Shown: in pieces, positions 49,590-62,476 of the stretch | Position numbering within the stretch: position 1 is the stretch's first letter | Layout of the letters: each line of letters starts with the position of its first letter | Source: Callorhinchus milii | Taxonomy: Eukaryota | Length of the DNA: 64,000 nucleotides | Direction: 5' to 3' | NCBI RefSeq assembly: GCF_018977255.1 | Contig: NW_024704748.1 | Location: 26,288,001-26,352,000 of the forward strand | Made by a program: the position numbers and the translations under genes | Notes under the pieces: generated by a model | Database searches by the model: none | What the model was told of the DNA's origin: nothing | The model's input: the letters and a program-made list of their open reading frames with translations, nothing else

Positions 49590-52500
49590 TTTAAATAGCT
49601 TAAGTTTCCACTTAAGCTATTTAAAAATGTCTATTTTTTGGCAAATGTCTTTTTTTTTAAAAAAAAAGGAGAATCAACTGAAACGGTAACCCGGTGAGCA
49701 TTTTACTGTCGCTCTGAAGCGTTTAGAAACCTCTGTGATCACTGTTTGCATTCCGAGTGGCTGATTGAACCGCACAATGCAAGTAATTCTTCCGCACCCC
49801 ACCTCCCTCTCTCTCTCTCCGTCACACTGTCCACGCTCCATACCTGTGGCTACACTTGATGTGTTATTTTCCGTACTTTTAAACGCGAGAGGAACATTGG
49901 CGGGGAAGGATGTGCAAGCAATTCCCGTTACTAGGGAAACATGCCGTTCCGATCTTAAATTTGACCATGGCGCTTTTGCATGCTGTTTAATTTGTTTATG
50001 TAGAAAATGACTAGCATTCATTTGGCAACTCCTTTATGTAGCGGAATTCTTTAGGAGACTGTCGTGCAGGTTTTGACAGTAGCCGTAATGTTTGGGAACT
50101 ATTATGGAGTGAGATTTTTTCCCCCTTCTTTTTAAAAAAAAACGAATTAAACCATTTTGCGTGCGGTTTTTCGCAGCAAAACTTTACATCTTTCAGTGTC
50201 CGATGAGATTTACTGTGATCTACTGAGAGGAAAAAGATCCCAAGTTTGATTATATGGCAGTATTTCCCGCCCCCACCACCACGCGCACACGACACACGTG
50301 CACTGTAAATTCACAATCATATATCCATGTCAGAGCCAACAAGTTCTCTTCCCCCCCCCACCACACCCCGGTCATTCACTTCATGGCTGTTTGTGCCTAC
50401 AAACCACTGTCAGTACACCTCACAGTTAAAAAAAACTGTGAAGCACTTGAGACATCTCGATGATGGGCTTGGGCGCTATATCAAATGCAGGGTTTCTTAA
50501 TTCTATTGCACATGCAAACGCGCTGCTTTGTGTATGCACTCATTTATATACACGTACGCTCGCACTTGCTAAACTATCACACGGCTATTAGCCGTGACTG
50601 TCGACTCCCGGCCTTTACAGGAATGTTCTACCACCTCCCAGATAACGAGGTGTGAGGTTGTGAAACATCGATATACGACAATTATCCAAATCCAAGCACA
50701 ATGCTGTGTGTTTTATTCCTCTCCTCTCTCTCTCTCTCTCTCTCCTCTCTCTCTCCTCTCCCCCAGATGCTGTTTTACATATTGCAAAAAGTTGTAAGCT
50801 CTTGAGTTTGCAATTTGGCTGCTGTATTTGGCCCACAGAATGTACAGTCAATTCACTTTGCAGTATATCCTGCGAAGCGATTTGAGATGTTTCAAAGGAG
50901 TGATAAGGCACTGTATCAAATCCAAGGGTTATTATTCTTATTGCTTGAGCAAACATTTGTATTTATTCTTTGGAATCCACTAAAGTGTAAGAAGTTTGCC
51001 TTCAAAACACTGCTTTTAAAATCCAAATCTACATTCACTGGACTGTGGTTTAAAGCCAACTCCCTCCCTCCGAACAGATAATGATATAATAACCCTTGCA
51101 TTTGATACAGCGCCTTATCACCCCGTTGGGGCATCTCAAAGCGCTTCGCAGAATGTACTGCAAAGTGAATTGACGGGGTATTTTTTGCGGGCAAAATGCT
51201 GAGGGAGATCATTTTTAATGTAGCTCTTTGTTCTGATCGGATTCAAACGTTACCCTGTGCTTAATCAGAGCACTCAAACGCTGACTCCACGAAGATAAAT
51301 ACCAGCGAATTTTTTCTAGGAATTGAAAACTGAAATTATCTTTTAAAATAGACTCGTCGGAAACATGTTCCCAGCTTGTGTGAAGCTCCAAGCTCCTTGT
51401 TGCTGAATGTTGCTATAAATCCCTTCTGGCAAATTAAAGATAGTAAGTTCAGTGTGCTTGATAAGATGTTGCTGATATGTACATGGATTATATAAAAAAA
51501 ACGCCTTAGGTTCAGTGTCTTTAGACATAGACGAGGATAGCATGACTTATTATGAGTAGGCAACAGTGTTCTGATAATGAAGGTAATAAAGGTTATTTAA
51601 AAAATCATAAAATTGGTCACTTCAATCCACGACTGTTTGTGGGACGCTGCTGTGGTGCAATTGATTGCCGTGTTTCGCCCACAAATACACAGTCAATTGA
51701 CTTTGGAGTATATTCCGTGAAGCGCTTTGAGCTGTCTCGAAGCCGTGCTAAGCCGCTGAATCAATTGCGAGGATTATTATTATTATAGGAACGTCTGAAA
51801 AAAATACTTTTTCTGAAAAAGGTGGGGAAGAGGAAAGGGAGAGAGAGGGAAGAGGTCAGATCTGATACTAAATGTGTTTCTGATGCCTCTTGTCGTGAAA
51901 AAATGACTGTGATCTGATCATTATTGCACAGAATGACCGTGTCCTATTGGGCCTCGCATTCCAGATTAATTACCTCCAAGTCAACTAACGCAGTCGTTAA
52001 GAAAACACCCAATTCGATTGAAACGCATTTTCTTTTGCCAAAAAAAGGCAAACTAAAAGCTCGGGCTAGTGTTTTTTTGTGTGCAATTCAAAAGTAATCC
52101 CACCCACTTGAAAAAGAATAAAATAAAATAATGCTCGTTGGCAAGACGTCTCAAAGCACTTTACGGGGTACACTGTACGCGCTCTGGGACGCTACCCCGT
52201 GTGAAGGACGCTGTATAAATGCAAGTCGTCTTTGTTGTGAAGTGGAGTGACTGTGGGGTTTGTGGGTGAATAGGACAGCCAATAAAGTAGGTGTGTAGTC
52301 GTTCTCTTAATGGATTCCTGGAAGTGCTTCCTCTTTGCTTGGGGCTGCTCAATGGTTCAGGCAAAGGAAGAAGAGATTCCATAACCTATTGGTCAGGGGG
52401 GATGTAGAGGGGAGGGGGTTGCACTTGGGGGCAGCCCTGTTCCAGGAAGATTCCAACTGCTGCTATAACGTCCCTCCAGGCCATGTAGCTATGGATTGGT

Positions 52501-55061
52501 TCTCAGCCCAAACCTTTGACACAACTTTCCCACTCTCCCCTCTAAATACAATGGAGCCCCTCCTGCCCAGAACGCACGGAAGCCCCTGGGCAGGAGGAGG
52601 TGGGTCTAGGGGGCTTTTATCAAAGCGAGGGAGGGGTCTGCATAGTGGGGGCAAAGTGGTTTCCGATGAATGTTTTTCTATGTTGTTTAGAGGGAGTAAT
52701 TTGAATCGACTGTTAGTTTTTCTTTCCTCCTTTCTCCTCCTCCCCTGGCCTCCGCGCTTTCTTATTCAAACACAAAACGTGCAGAGTAAATCAACTGTGA
52801 CAATTAAACAAGATGGTCAGGCAGCAGGAGCCGCGAGTTTGGAACAATGTCTCATAGGTCTTCAAGAAATGATGATCGATTTTTTTTTTCACTGAGACGA
52901 CTTTTTTGATCGCCCCGTATATTTTCCCGGGATGATCATCTCTTCCGCAACAATAATACTATTTAAAAACAATAATAATTCGGTCACTCAATCCACGACT
53001 GTTTGTGGGACGCTGGCGTGCGCCATTGGCTGCCGCGTTTCGTCCACAAAATACGCAGTCAATTGACTTGACAGGATATTCTGTGAAGAACTTTGAGACG
53101 TCTCGAAGACGTGATGAGGCGCTAGATCAAATGCAAGGATTATGATTATTATTAATATCGTATCATGGCCTGGCTGTCTTGGTCGATTTAGATCGCTTCC
53201 CAGGACCATTTTACTTGTAGTTTGCAAGTTTTCTTTTTTAACTGCCAGTTCCGTTCTGTTCTGTTCAAAGCGAAACACAGCTCAGAAAAGCAGCGTCTTT
53301 TTCACTGGCGACGGTGAATATAGTACCACGTGTTATGTGATGTGTGTCAGAGGTCATCTGATGTGTGATCAAACTGAGTTTTTTTTAAAAAAAAACACAG
53401 CACCCCTTTGTGAAATTCTTTTTCTTCGATTATGGTTGTTTTTTTTTCGCCTGCTTCGTGTGTGTGTGTGTGTGTGTATTTCTGCGCTTTTCTTCCCAAA
53501 GGAGACGTTACTTAAAGACAAAGTTCTCTGTGTTTGGTAGATGCGCGTGGCTGTCTGTGAATCTCCAGCGCAGCCCCTGAAAGACAGCTGGACAAAGTGG
53601 GTAATCAAACTAGTGTGGCAGCTAATGGCATTATTTCAGGAATGTAATGGGAAAGAAATTGCTTCAGACTGTGTCACTTAAGAGTCGTGATTTACAAGTT
53701 GCGCCGAGAGACAGCGGCTTAAATAGGAGACTTGCAAGATTTAGAAACTTTTTGTGTGTTTTTTTTTCACAAATTAAATGTAAGTACACACCTGTGGGTC
53801 AACACAAAGCAGTCTCATAGAAATGTGTCACTGGCAGCTTAGCACTGTCCTCAATGCTCCTTTTGTTAAGGATTGTATCTGTGCAGCGCGTTTGTCTTAG
53901 GGCTTAGTTAGAGCGGGTTTTTCTGGTGTTTGCCACAAGGATGTGTTTCTTTTTAGATGGATTGTTTTCTTTTTAGATGGGGTGGGGGGGGGGTGGCGAG
54001 GGCAGGGGGAAAGGGGGAGAGAGGGAGGGAGAAGGCCAGATCTGACACCAAATGTGCTACTGCTGCCTTCAATAGACTCATCGCTCATCAAAAAGTTGGG
54101 TCGGGTCGGGGGAACACTCATCGTTTCAGAACGAACCTTGATTGTTTTGTGTGTCTGGGGGTTTGGGGCAGAAGAGGGACAGAAACAGAACCCAATATGT
54201 GTTCAATGACGCTATTTTTTTCGGTCTGTGGATTATAATAATCCTTGCATTTGATATAGCGCTTTATTGCATCTTCGAGACATCAGATTGGAGGGCTGGA
54301 GGGTGGGGGGGGGGAGGGATTTGGATGGATATTGTTTGTTTGGGAATGTGTGTATGGAATTGAGCACATGATTTAACCAGTGATTTCACAGCAAGGAAGC
54401 TGGCTGCTGCCACTGCCTAATGTGAAACAGGACGGTAATGCTTTCAGATTCTGTCAGGACTAACGCTGACCTGCTGAGTGGGAGGGGAACATTTCTGTGT
54501 CTCTCAAACCAATTCACCCACGTAAACCCTGGACTATTTTAACTATTTTTTTTATATATTGAAAAGAAAGGGCTTTCAAGTTTAATTTGGCTCCCATCCA
54601 GGTATCTTCAACGCTTGACACTGCAGAAAAAGGATTTGAGCAAGTTAGAAATGGGCAGAGAGAGAGAGAGAGAGACGCACACACACACACACTATTGCAA
54701 AAAAAATTAAAACTCTTGCATTAGTTGCATCAAACATAAGGGAATTGGCTTGGCCTGTTTATATACCTATAGAAGGGTGTACAGGTGTACGAGTGTGTGT
54801 ACGTACCTCAAACTTAATAAGCTTGTTCTGATCAAGACCGCTTGATTTCCCTGTTACTGCATAATTTTAATTCAGAGTTTAACTAATGTTATTAATATGA
54901 AAGTGGATGAGGAGGTTTAAGGTCTGAGCAGTTAATGAGCAGTGATTGACAGGGTGGGCCTTAATAATAAGTGTTCGGCACAATCAACTTTCTTCAGTTT
55001 TTTAAAAAAAATTCCATTTGATAGATTATATGCCAGAACAGCTGTTTCAATGCTGTTATTT

Positions 55062-55395
55062 AGTCCTGTAGCTCAGTGGTTAGAACACTTGCCTCACAAG
55101 CGAGAGGACCTGGGTTTGATTCCCGGGCAGGGCGAAACGCTGGGCAATTTTCCTTACTTCACACGCCTCTGTTTGCCAGCAATAAGTTGGAACCCGGTTG
55201 TTAGTCGAATGGCGGATCGCTTTTCTGGGAGTAGTAATCCCTGCAACAAAATAATAGTTTGATCACTCAATCCACGACTGTTTGTGGGACGCTGCTGGAC
55301 TCAATTGGCTGCTGCGTTTCACCCACAAAATAGACAGTTGCGTGATATCCTCCCGAAATGAAAGGTGCAATATCAGCTGTAAGGATTATTGTTAT
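55062..55395 (+). mobile_element. SINE family A, head and body with degenerate alternative-loop tail
   Basis: A/B boxes; tail atcctcccgaaatgaaaggtgc...aaggattatt. Confidence 0.85.
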
Positions 55396-57391
55396 TCATT
55401 ATATTCGCTAACAATGGTGAAACGACCGGGTAAATAACACAAGATTATGTTTGGTTCTGAGAGTCCGCCGCAAACGCTAAATTTTCCTATTGAGGTCTTC
55501 ACAAAGCCATATGTTTGGCATGTCACCAGGGTAAGATAGCCCTGATATCCATGGCATTCAATCATAATGGGAAACCGGGGTAACAAATCAGCCAACACAA
55601 AGTATGCTTGAAAGCCGGGAGAATTGACTGTTTGGTGTGCTTTGGCAAGGATTTGGAATCCGCCCTGCAGAGTATTCAAAATGTTGATCGACAATTAGTG
55701 TAAAGAGAAGCTGATCAGTGAGTACGTTAAACCTTCCCAAGTCGTATTTTATTCAGCGATGCTTCAAAGGCACTTGTTTTCGTCTTCTAACTGGTTCCTG
55801 CAAAACGACAGTTTGCATTGACATCGCTTTTTTTTGTGTCAGGAGGATATCTCAAAGTGCTTCACACAACTGACTGGCAGTCTAAACATTTATTGTGGGG
55901 TGGGGTGGGTGGGGGGGGCGGGGGTGAAGAAAGTAACTGAAAGCGTGGTTTAAAAGATATTGTGTCCCCACTCTCTGGAACTCCAGCCCAGAAACCTTCC
56001 GACCTAATAATGCGCTTTGAGATGTCTTCCCAGTGTTAAAGCGATCTATAAATATAAACTGTATTGTAATCCCTCCCACCCCTCTCCCCTTCTACCCCGT
56101 AAACAAGAAGGTTTTGATCCAGGCGTTTAAAACTCACGGCCAGAATAGCGCAACCAGACATCGAGTTTTTTGTTTAACGTTTTATACTAGAACGAAGAAT
56201 CTTCTCCTCTCTCCTCTTTGCACCCCCTCCCACCCCCCCATATCCCCGTACGAAATGTTAGCTCGGAGTGTCGCAAGGTCTGACAAGTTAGGTTTGGGCG
56301 CGTACAGCCCAGCTCTGGAGGATGATAGACAGGCTTTGGGTTTTCCGAAGAGCGGAATTAACTCGTCCAAAACGAGCGTCAGGTTTCATATGACTGGCAG
56401 CAACATGTGATCCGAAGATCTGGATTAGGAAGGACAAAGATGCCTTTTTGAAAACCATTGAAATTTTACAGGATGTGCAGCCAATTCCAGCAGGACGCCT
56501 ACTTCATGTGAGAACGTTTCAAAGTCCTAGTGTGCGTTCCCGGTTCTACACAGATCTACTTCTGAATCGCTTTAACCTGAGTTAAATTTGATCACTCAAT
56601 CCATGACTGTCTGTGGGGCACTGCTGTGCGCAATTAATTGGCTGCCCACACAGTGTACAGTCGATTCACTTTACCGTACATTCTGTGAAGCGCTTTGAGA
56701 CGTCGCAACAAAGTGATAAGGCGCTGTATCGGATGTAAGGATTATTATTATTATAGGTAACAGCCAATGCACATCATTTCGCCCACAAGGTACACAGTTA
56801 ATCCACTTTACAAAATATTCGGTGAAGCACTTTGAGAATCACTGAGAACAGGAGCATGACACACACAAAAATGTCAGTGCCCAGGGTCACTTGTGGAGTG
56901 GACAGTTCTCCCATCGAACCCGTAGATTTGACAAGCAGCGGAGAGATGTGGTTTGATTGTGAATATTTTGTGTGTGTGTGTGTGTGTGTGTGCGTGAGGG
57001 CGAGTTTTTTTTTGAGAGCGGCTGCTGCCAACAGTTTACAGGCCGGCGAGCTGGCTGGCTCGCCCGTTTGCACTTGATGTAACATTTCGTCCCACGGGGG
57101 GGAGCCTGTTTTAACCCCCCCAAAAGATGCGGTGACCAAACACTCCCAATTTTAAAACCAAATCAGCTGTTTCAAGGCGAGCTATCGAGCCTGTGGAACG
57201 AACGCTAGGCTACCGAGGTCACACAGTTAAACACAGCCCTATAGAATGCGCATTGGTACCCGTGTGTGTGTGTGTGTTTGTGTGTGAATCCAGTGCTTGC
57301 TAATCGGTGCCTATGTTTTCATACAACATAATGTAATAGAATGCATTGAGGTTGATATTGAGACCATAAACATACAAGTGTCCACAAAGCG

Positions 57392-57800
57392 CTAATAATC
57401 TTTGCATTTGATGTAACGCTTTTCATTTGGGAAGGAAGGACGTCTCAAAGCGCTTCATAGAATTTTTATTGGAAAGTCTACAAACTGACTGTCTACAAAC
57501 TCATTGCACTCAGCAATGTCCCGCAAACAGCAGTGAAGTCGATGATCAATTTTACTTGGCGGATTGTTGGCCAGGACACTGGGAGGAAGCTGCCTTCTAT
57601 TTTCGAGTCGTGCCACGGAATCTTTAACGTCCACCTAATCAGGTTGAACAAGACCTCGGTTTAACATCTTACCCAAAGCACGGCACCTCCGACAATGCTG
57701 TGCTCCCCCCACCTTGAACGGTCAGCCTAGACTATGAACTCAAATGTTCCCAATGTAGGGCTTGGAACCTACAACCTTTCCTGTGCGCTACCAACTAGGG
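57392..57800 (-). mobile_element. Older Deu-domain SINE (SacSINE1-like), near full length
   Basis: gtgccacggaatctttaacgtccacct...cctcggtttaacatcttacccaaagcacggcacctccgacaatgctg...gtcagcctaga matches the recalled Deu domain and shark SINE head. Confidence 0.8.
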
Positions 57801-58896
57801 CTGGCCCCTAGATTTGCTATCAAATGCAGTTACTGTATTGTTAGGCAAATGGTAGTTGCTGTAGACCTCTTGCCTTAATTGAAGTGAGGAACATGAAGGT
57901 AGCTATTTGCTTTATTGTGGTTTGAGCCGATTAATCATAGGGCAAGGCTTGAAGCAGAGTAGACCTCTCAGCAGCCCTGTCCCCAGCTGAAAACTGCACG
58001 CAGTGGTACAAAAAAAGGGAAGATCTCTTAAATTTTCTCTCTTAAGAGAAAGGTCTCTGGGCGTATTGCCAGAATAGTTGTTCTGCATTGTTACAGTAAT
58101 TACCTGTTGAGAGAAGTGGGGCCATTCTGAATTTAAGTAGTCCTTGACCTTTTCCTAGTTTCTCTTGGAATAGTGACGCCGATTTGCAGTAGAAAACTGA
58201 CCGTGTTCAAGGCTGGAAATCTTTGATACCTCTGAAAATCTCCCAAGATATTTTGTGTTCAGCTTCTCCGTGTGGGGGGGGGGGATGGACTCTTTAACCC
58301 TTTGAAGGCTCTGGTGGCATTTAATTTCTGGCAGGTTTTATTTATTCTGAGTGCCCAGGACAGAAATAATCACCCTTAACTACTTACTTAACATGTTTTT
58401 TTTCTTGTAAAGTGTAGTGACTGTATTTTGCAGGCAAATACCCTTTGGTTCCAATTTGCCAATTGTCCTCTTTCCTTACTCTTTTCCTTTCGTCTTCTTT
58501 TTTCCCCTCTTTCCTACCCTTCCCCTTTCTCCTCCCCCCCCCCCCCAAAAAAAAAAAGTTGCTGTGCTATAGTTCCATGAAATCCCCCAGATAAAACTGG
58601 CCATTCTTTTCACAGGCCATTGCTGTGTGCAAATTAATTAATACAGTCACTGCACTCGACAGTAAATCGTGGGAAGTGCTTTGCGACATCTCGACAACAT
58701 GTTAAGGCACTATATCAAACGCAAGGATTATTATTTATCATTATTTTGGGAGTGTTAACATTGCAATATCTGGCCTAAGGTGTAAATGGCCAAAAGCATT
58801 ATTCAACTGGGGAGGAAATTGCAGCTTCTGGTTGGATTAAGAGAGCAGCAGCAAGACTGCTCATCTCCCTGCTTCTGGTCAGTTTACTATAACTTT

Positions 58897-59635
58897 AGTG
58901 CGGTGGCTCAGTGGTTAGAGCACTTGCCTCGCAAGCCAGAGGGCCTGGGTTCGATTACCGGACAGGACAAAATGATGGGGAAGTTTCCTTACTCCACACA
59001 TCTCTGCCTATTTCGCAATAAGTAGGAACCCGGTTGTTAGTTGATTGGAGGATCGCTTTTCCGGGGATAATGATCCCTTTTAAATTAAAAATAATAATAA
59101 TAATTTGGTCACTCAATCCACGACTGTTTGTGGGACACTGCTGTACGCATTTGGCTGCCGGGCTTCGCCCGCAAAACATAACAGTGAATTCACTTAACAG
59201 TATAAACCAAATGCAAAATACTGCAGATGCTAGAAATCTGAAACAAAAACAGAAGTGGCCGGGAACACTCAGCAGGTCAGGCAGCATCTATGGAGAGAGG
59301 AAAGTGAGTTCCACGACCCTTCGTCAGAATTGGGGCACGTTGGGAGGGAGAGGCTTTTAAGGGGTAACAGAGAGGGGGTGAGGTAGGACAAGGAAGACAA
59401 AAGAGAAAATGGGGTAGAGGACAGGGGAGGATAGGTTAAATGGGTGTTAATGATGCAAAACAAGGGGTGGGGGGTTGCAACAAAACAGGGGAATAGAGAT
59501 GTTAATACTGCAGGACAAAGTGGGGGGTGATATTACAACAAAACAGAGAACTTTACAGTATATCCTTTGAGACTTTGCGAAGCCGTGATCAGGCGCTGTA
59601 TCAAATGCAAGGATTATTATGATTATTTATTATTA
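58897..59635 (+). mobile_element. SINE family A split by a 346-nt insertion (59205-59550)
   Basis: Head and body run to 59204; the tail resumes at 59551. Confidence 0.88.
59205..59550 (-). mobile_element. Penelope-like element terminal fragment (shark-type repeat) with 12-nt TSD
   Basis: aaaatactgcagatgctagaaatctgaaacaaaaacag...ctcagcaggtcaggcagcatct matches a recalled chondrichthyan repeat. Flanked by cttaacagtata / ctttacagtata. The family assignment is from memory. Confidence 0.6.
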
Positions 59636-60068
59636 CTTTATCCGCTCGAACATTGCTCGTGCTGTGTTGTTCTCCTGCGGGAGCTGGCATTCCGCATGCA
59701 TTCCCCTGCCGAGTGGCAACTGGCTGGATGTTTGCAATCCTGTCTGTGGATCGCATAGCCCTGCCTCCCAGGGTACAGCTGCAAACGCTCCTTCTCTTTC
59801 TCACCCCCACCTTCTTCTTCCCCCACTCTCTCCGCACTGACAACCTTGACCTCAAGTTATTTTTATTTCCTTGGAATTTATTGACCGCCACTTTTGGGAG
59901 GTTGTCATAGCTGGGGAAACAACAATGGGCAACACACAGTGTCCGTTCTACTCGCCGCTGGTGGAAGGTATGTGCCCATTGGCGCCAATTGGTGGTCTCC
60001 AGTAAAGGCTATTGTCTTACATGATGGGCGTTGACACGTGTTTAAATACTGTAAGGCTGTTGTACTGT

Positions 60069-60446
60069 GGGACTCTGTAGTTCAGCGGTTATAGCACTCG
60101 CTTCGCGAACGAGAGGACCTGGGTTCGATTCCCGGGCAGGGCGAAACCTTAGGAAAGTTTACTTATTCCTCCACACGCCTCTGTTTACCGAGCTGTAAGT
60201 AGGAACCTGGTTGTCAGTCGATTGGCAGATTGCTTTTCCAGGGGTCATAATTCCTTCAAATAATAAAAAAAAGTTGGTCACTCAATCCACAACTGTTTGT
60301 GGGACGCTGCTGTGCGCTATTGGCTGCCGCGTTTTGCCCACGAAATACACAGTCAATTCACTTTACAGTATATTCTGTCACGCGGTTTGAAACGTGTCAA
60401 CGACGTGATAAGGCGCTATACAAAATCCAAGGATTATCATTCTTAT
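60069..60446 (+). mobile_element. SINE family A, full length
   Basis: A/B boxes, body, tail. Confidence 0.92.
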
Positions 60447-62170
60447 TGTGTGTGTGTGTGTGTAAAACTTAATGTGTGGGTTCTTTGATGTTGTGTGTGG
60501 AGGTGGTGTTCCCTGGATAGTGATGGGCGTCAGTGGTGGCACAGAGTGGGTCAAACTGGCGTTTTGGCAGCCAGCTTGGCTTTTGAGAACTTGGCTCGTG
60601 ACTATTCGGTTATCAGATACGTTATCTGCGAGCTTTAATTCAGTTGACTGCGCAAGAGATCATTGAACACTTGTAAAACGTTTTTCATTTCCTGCTGTCT
60701 TGGTGGTCGGTTGGTACATTGGTGGACAATCAGGGACTTGGACCCGAGCTGGGGGTTGGGTTCAGGAGGGCAGGGAGTTTGGGGGTAGGGGGTAGGAGAG
60801 TGGCTGAAGGGTCCGACCATCGATGGTGGGGCGGGCCAGGGCCTGCTGAGCGGATGTAATTTTGTATTGCATTTGTACCGCACTGAGGAGCCATTGGGAA
60901 GAAGCACTTTGAACCCTGAACCCAGCCAGTATGAAAATGTAATGGTTTACAGCAAGGTGAAAGGAATCATTTTTGTCAATCATTAACGTTCTGTGTGATT
61001 CAATGCAGTTATTGTATGCAAACACCTTTTGGACCTTGGACCACATATATGAACCAGTAACCGGAAGTACATTTTTTAACATCAGACTTCCTTACAGTTT
61101 AAAAAAAAACTCGGCTCTTGAGGTTTTTAGTTAAATTTAAAAAAAAAAGCAAACCTATTGGGTTTTAACTTTCGGTTTCCTAACATCCGTCATCTTTTGT
61201 TTCAACGCAAACCGTAATTAATCTCAAGATTTAACCGGTCCACGTAAACCGGTTTTATTTTAACTCCTAAACTAATTTGGTCACTTCAACCCGTGACTGT
61301 TTGTGGGACGCTGCTGTGTGCAATTGGCTCCCGCGTTTCGCCCATAAAATGTACAGTCAATTCACTTTTAACAGTATATTGTGGGAAGCGCTTTGAGACG
61401 TCTCGAAGACGTGATAAGATGCTGTATCAAATGCAAGGATTATTATTATTAGTTTTTTTTTGCAACGTCATTGGAGGTGGGTTGGTGGGGGTTGCGAGAG
61501 GATTGCGGTTATCTTCTGAGTGGCATTCGTCCTGCTCTCTTGGTCTGTTTTGTGTGTAGGTTCCTGTAGGGTGGGTCCGATTCCATTTGTTACATCCCAT
61601 ATTTCATTGGCGACATGTTTTGACAGAACTCCAGGTGTCTCTTTGTTTGACTGGATACAGTTCAGCGAGTTTACCAATTAGTGTCAAGCCAAAGCCAGTG
61701 GGTAATTTGGAAGGTCATGTGGTGAAAGGGCACTTGGTAAGATGATCCTCAGCAGCCAAGACCTTCCTGGAAACGTTGACTGTTGAGTGATGAAACGGGC
61801 TTGGAGAGCAGTAGTAATAATAATAATCATCATCCTTGCATTTGATACAGAACCTTATCACGCCTTAGAGACGTCTCAAAGCGCTCCACAGACTATACTG
61901 CAAAGTGTAGTGACTGTGTATTTTGTGGGGGAAACGCGGCAGCCTATTTTGCACGGAGTAACGAGCAAGACATTATCTCGTACGTACCGTTTCTTGTTCT
62001 TGCTCTCTTTTCCTCATTCCGTTCCCCCACCTCTCCCTGTGTTTGCCTCTCCGCCTCCTCTTAGCCATTGTGATGTGGAGAAGTCACTGTTTGTATTAAC
62101 TCGTGGGAGATGTGAGTTAATTGTAAGAGATCCACAACAGCAAATCTCTTGGTACTTTCCATTACTTATT

Positions 62171-62476
62171 ATTCCTGGGCAGGGCGAAACTTTGGACAAG
62201 TTTCCTTACTCCACACGCCTCTGTTTACCTAGCAGTAAGTCGGAACCCAGTTGTTAGTAGATTGGTGAATCACTTTCCGGGTGTAGTAATCCCTTCAGAA
62301 AAAAATAATAATTTGATCCCTCGAACCACGACTGTTTGTGGGACACTGCTGTGTGCAATTGCCTGCAGGGTTTTGCCCACGAAATATTAGACAATTAACT
62401 TTACACTTTATAGTATATCTCACGAAACGCTTTGAGGCGACGTGATAAGGTGCTATATCAAATGCAAGGATTATTA
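62171..62476 (+). mobile_element. SINE family A, 5'-truncated at the B box
   Basis: attcctgggcagggcgaaac... through to the tail. Confidence 0.88.

Noticed and set aside
56917-56935. aacccgtagat resembling the miR-99/100 5' end
   Set aside because: Only about 11 nt match, the 3' half diverges, and no hairpin partner is seen.
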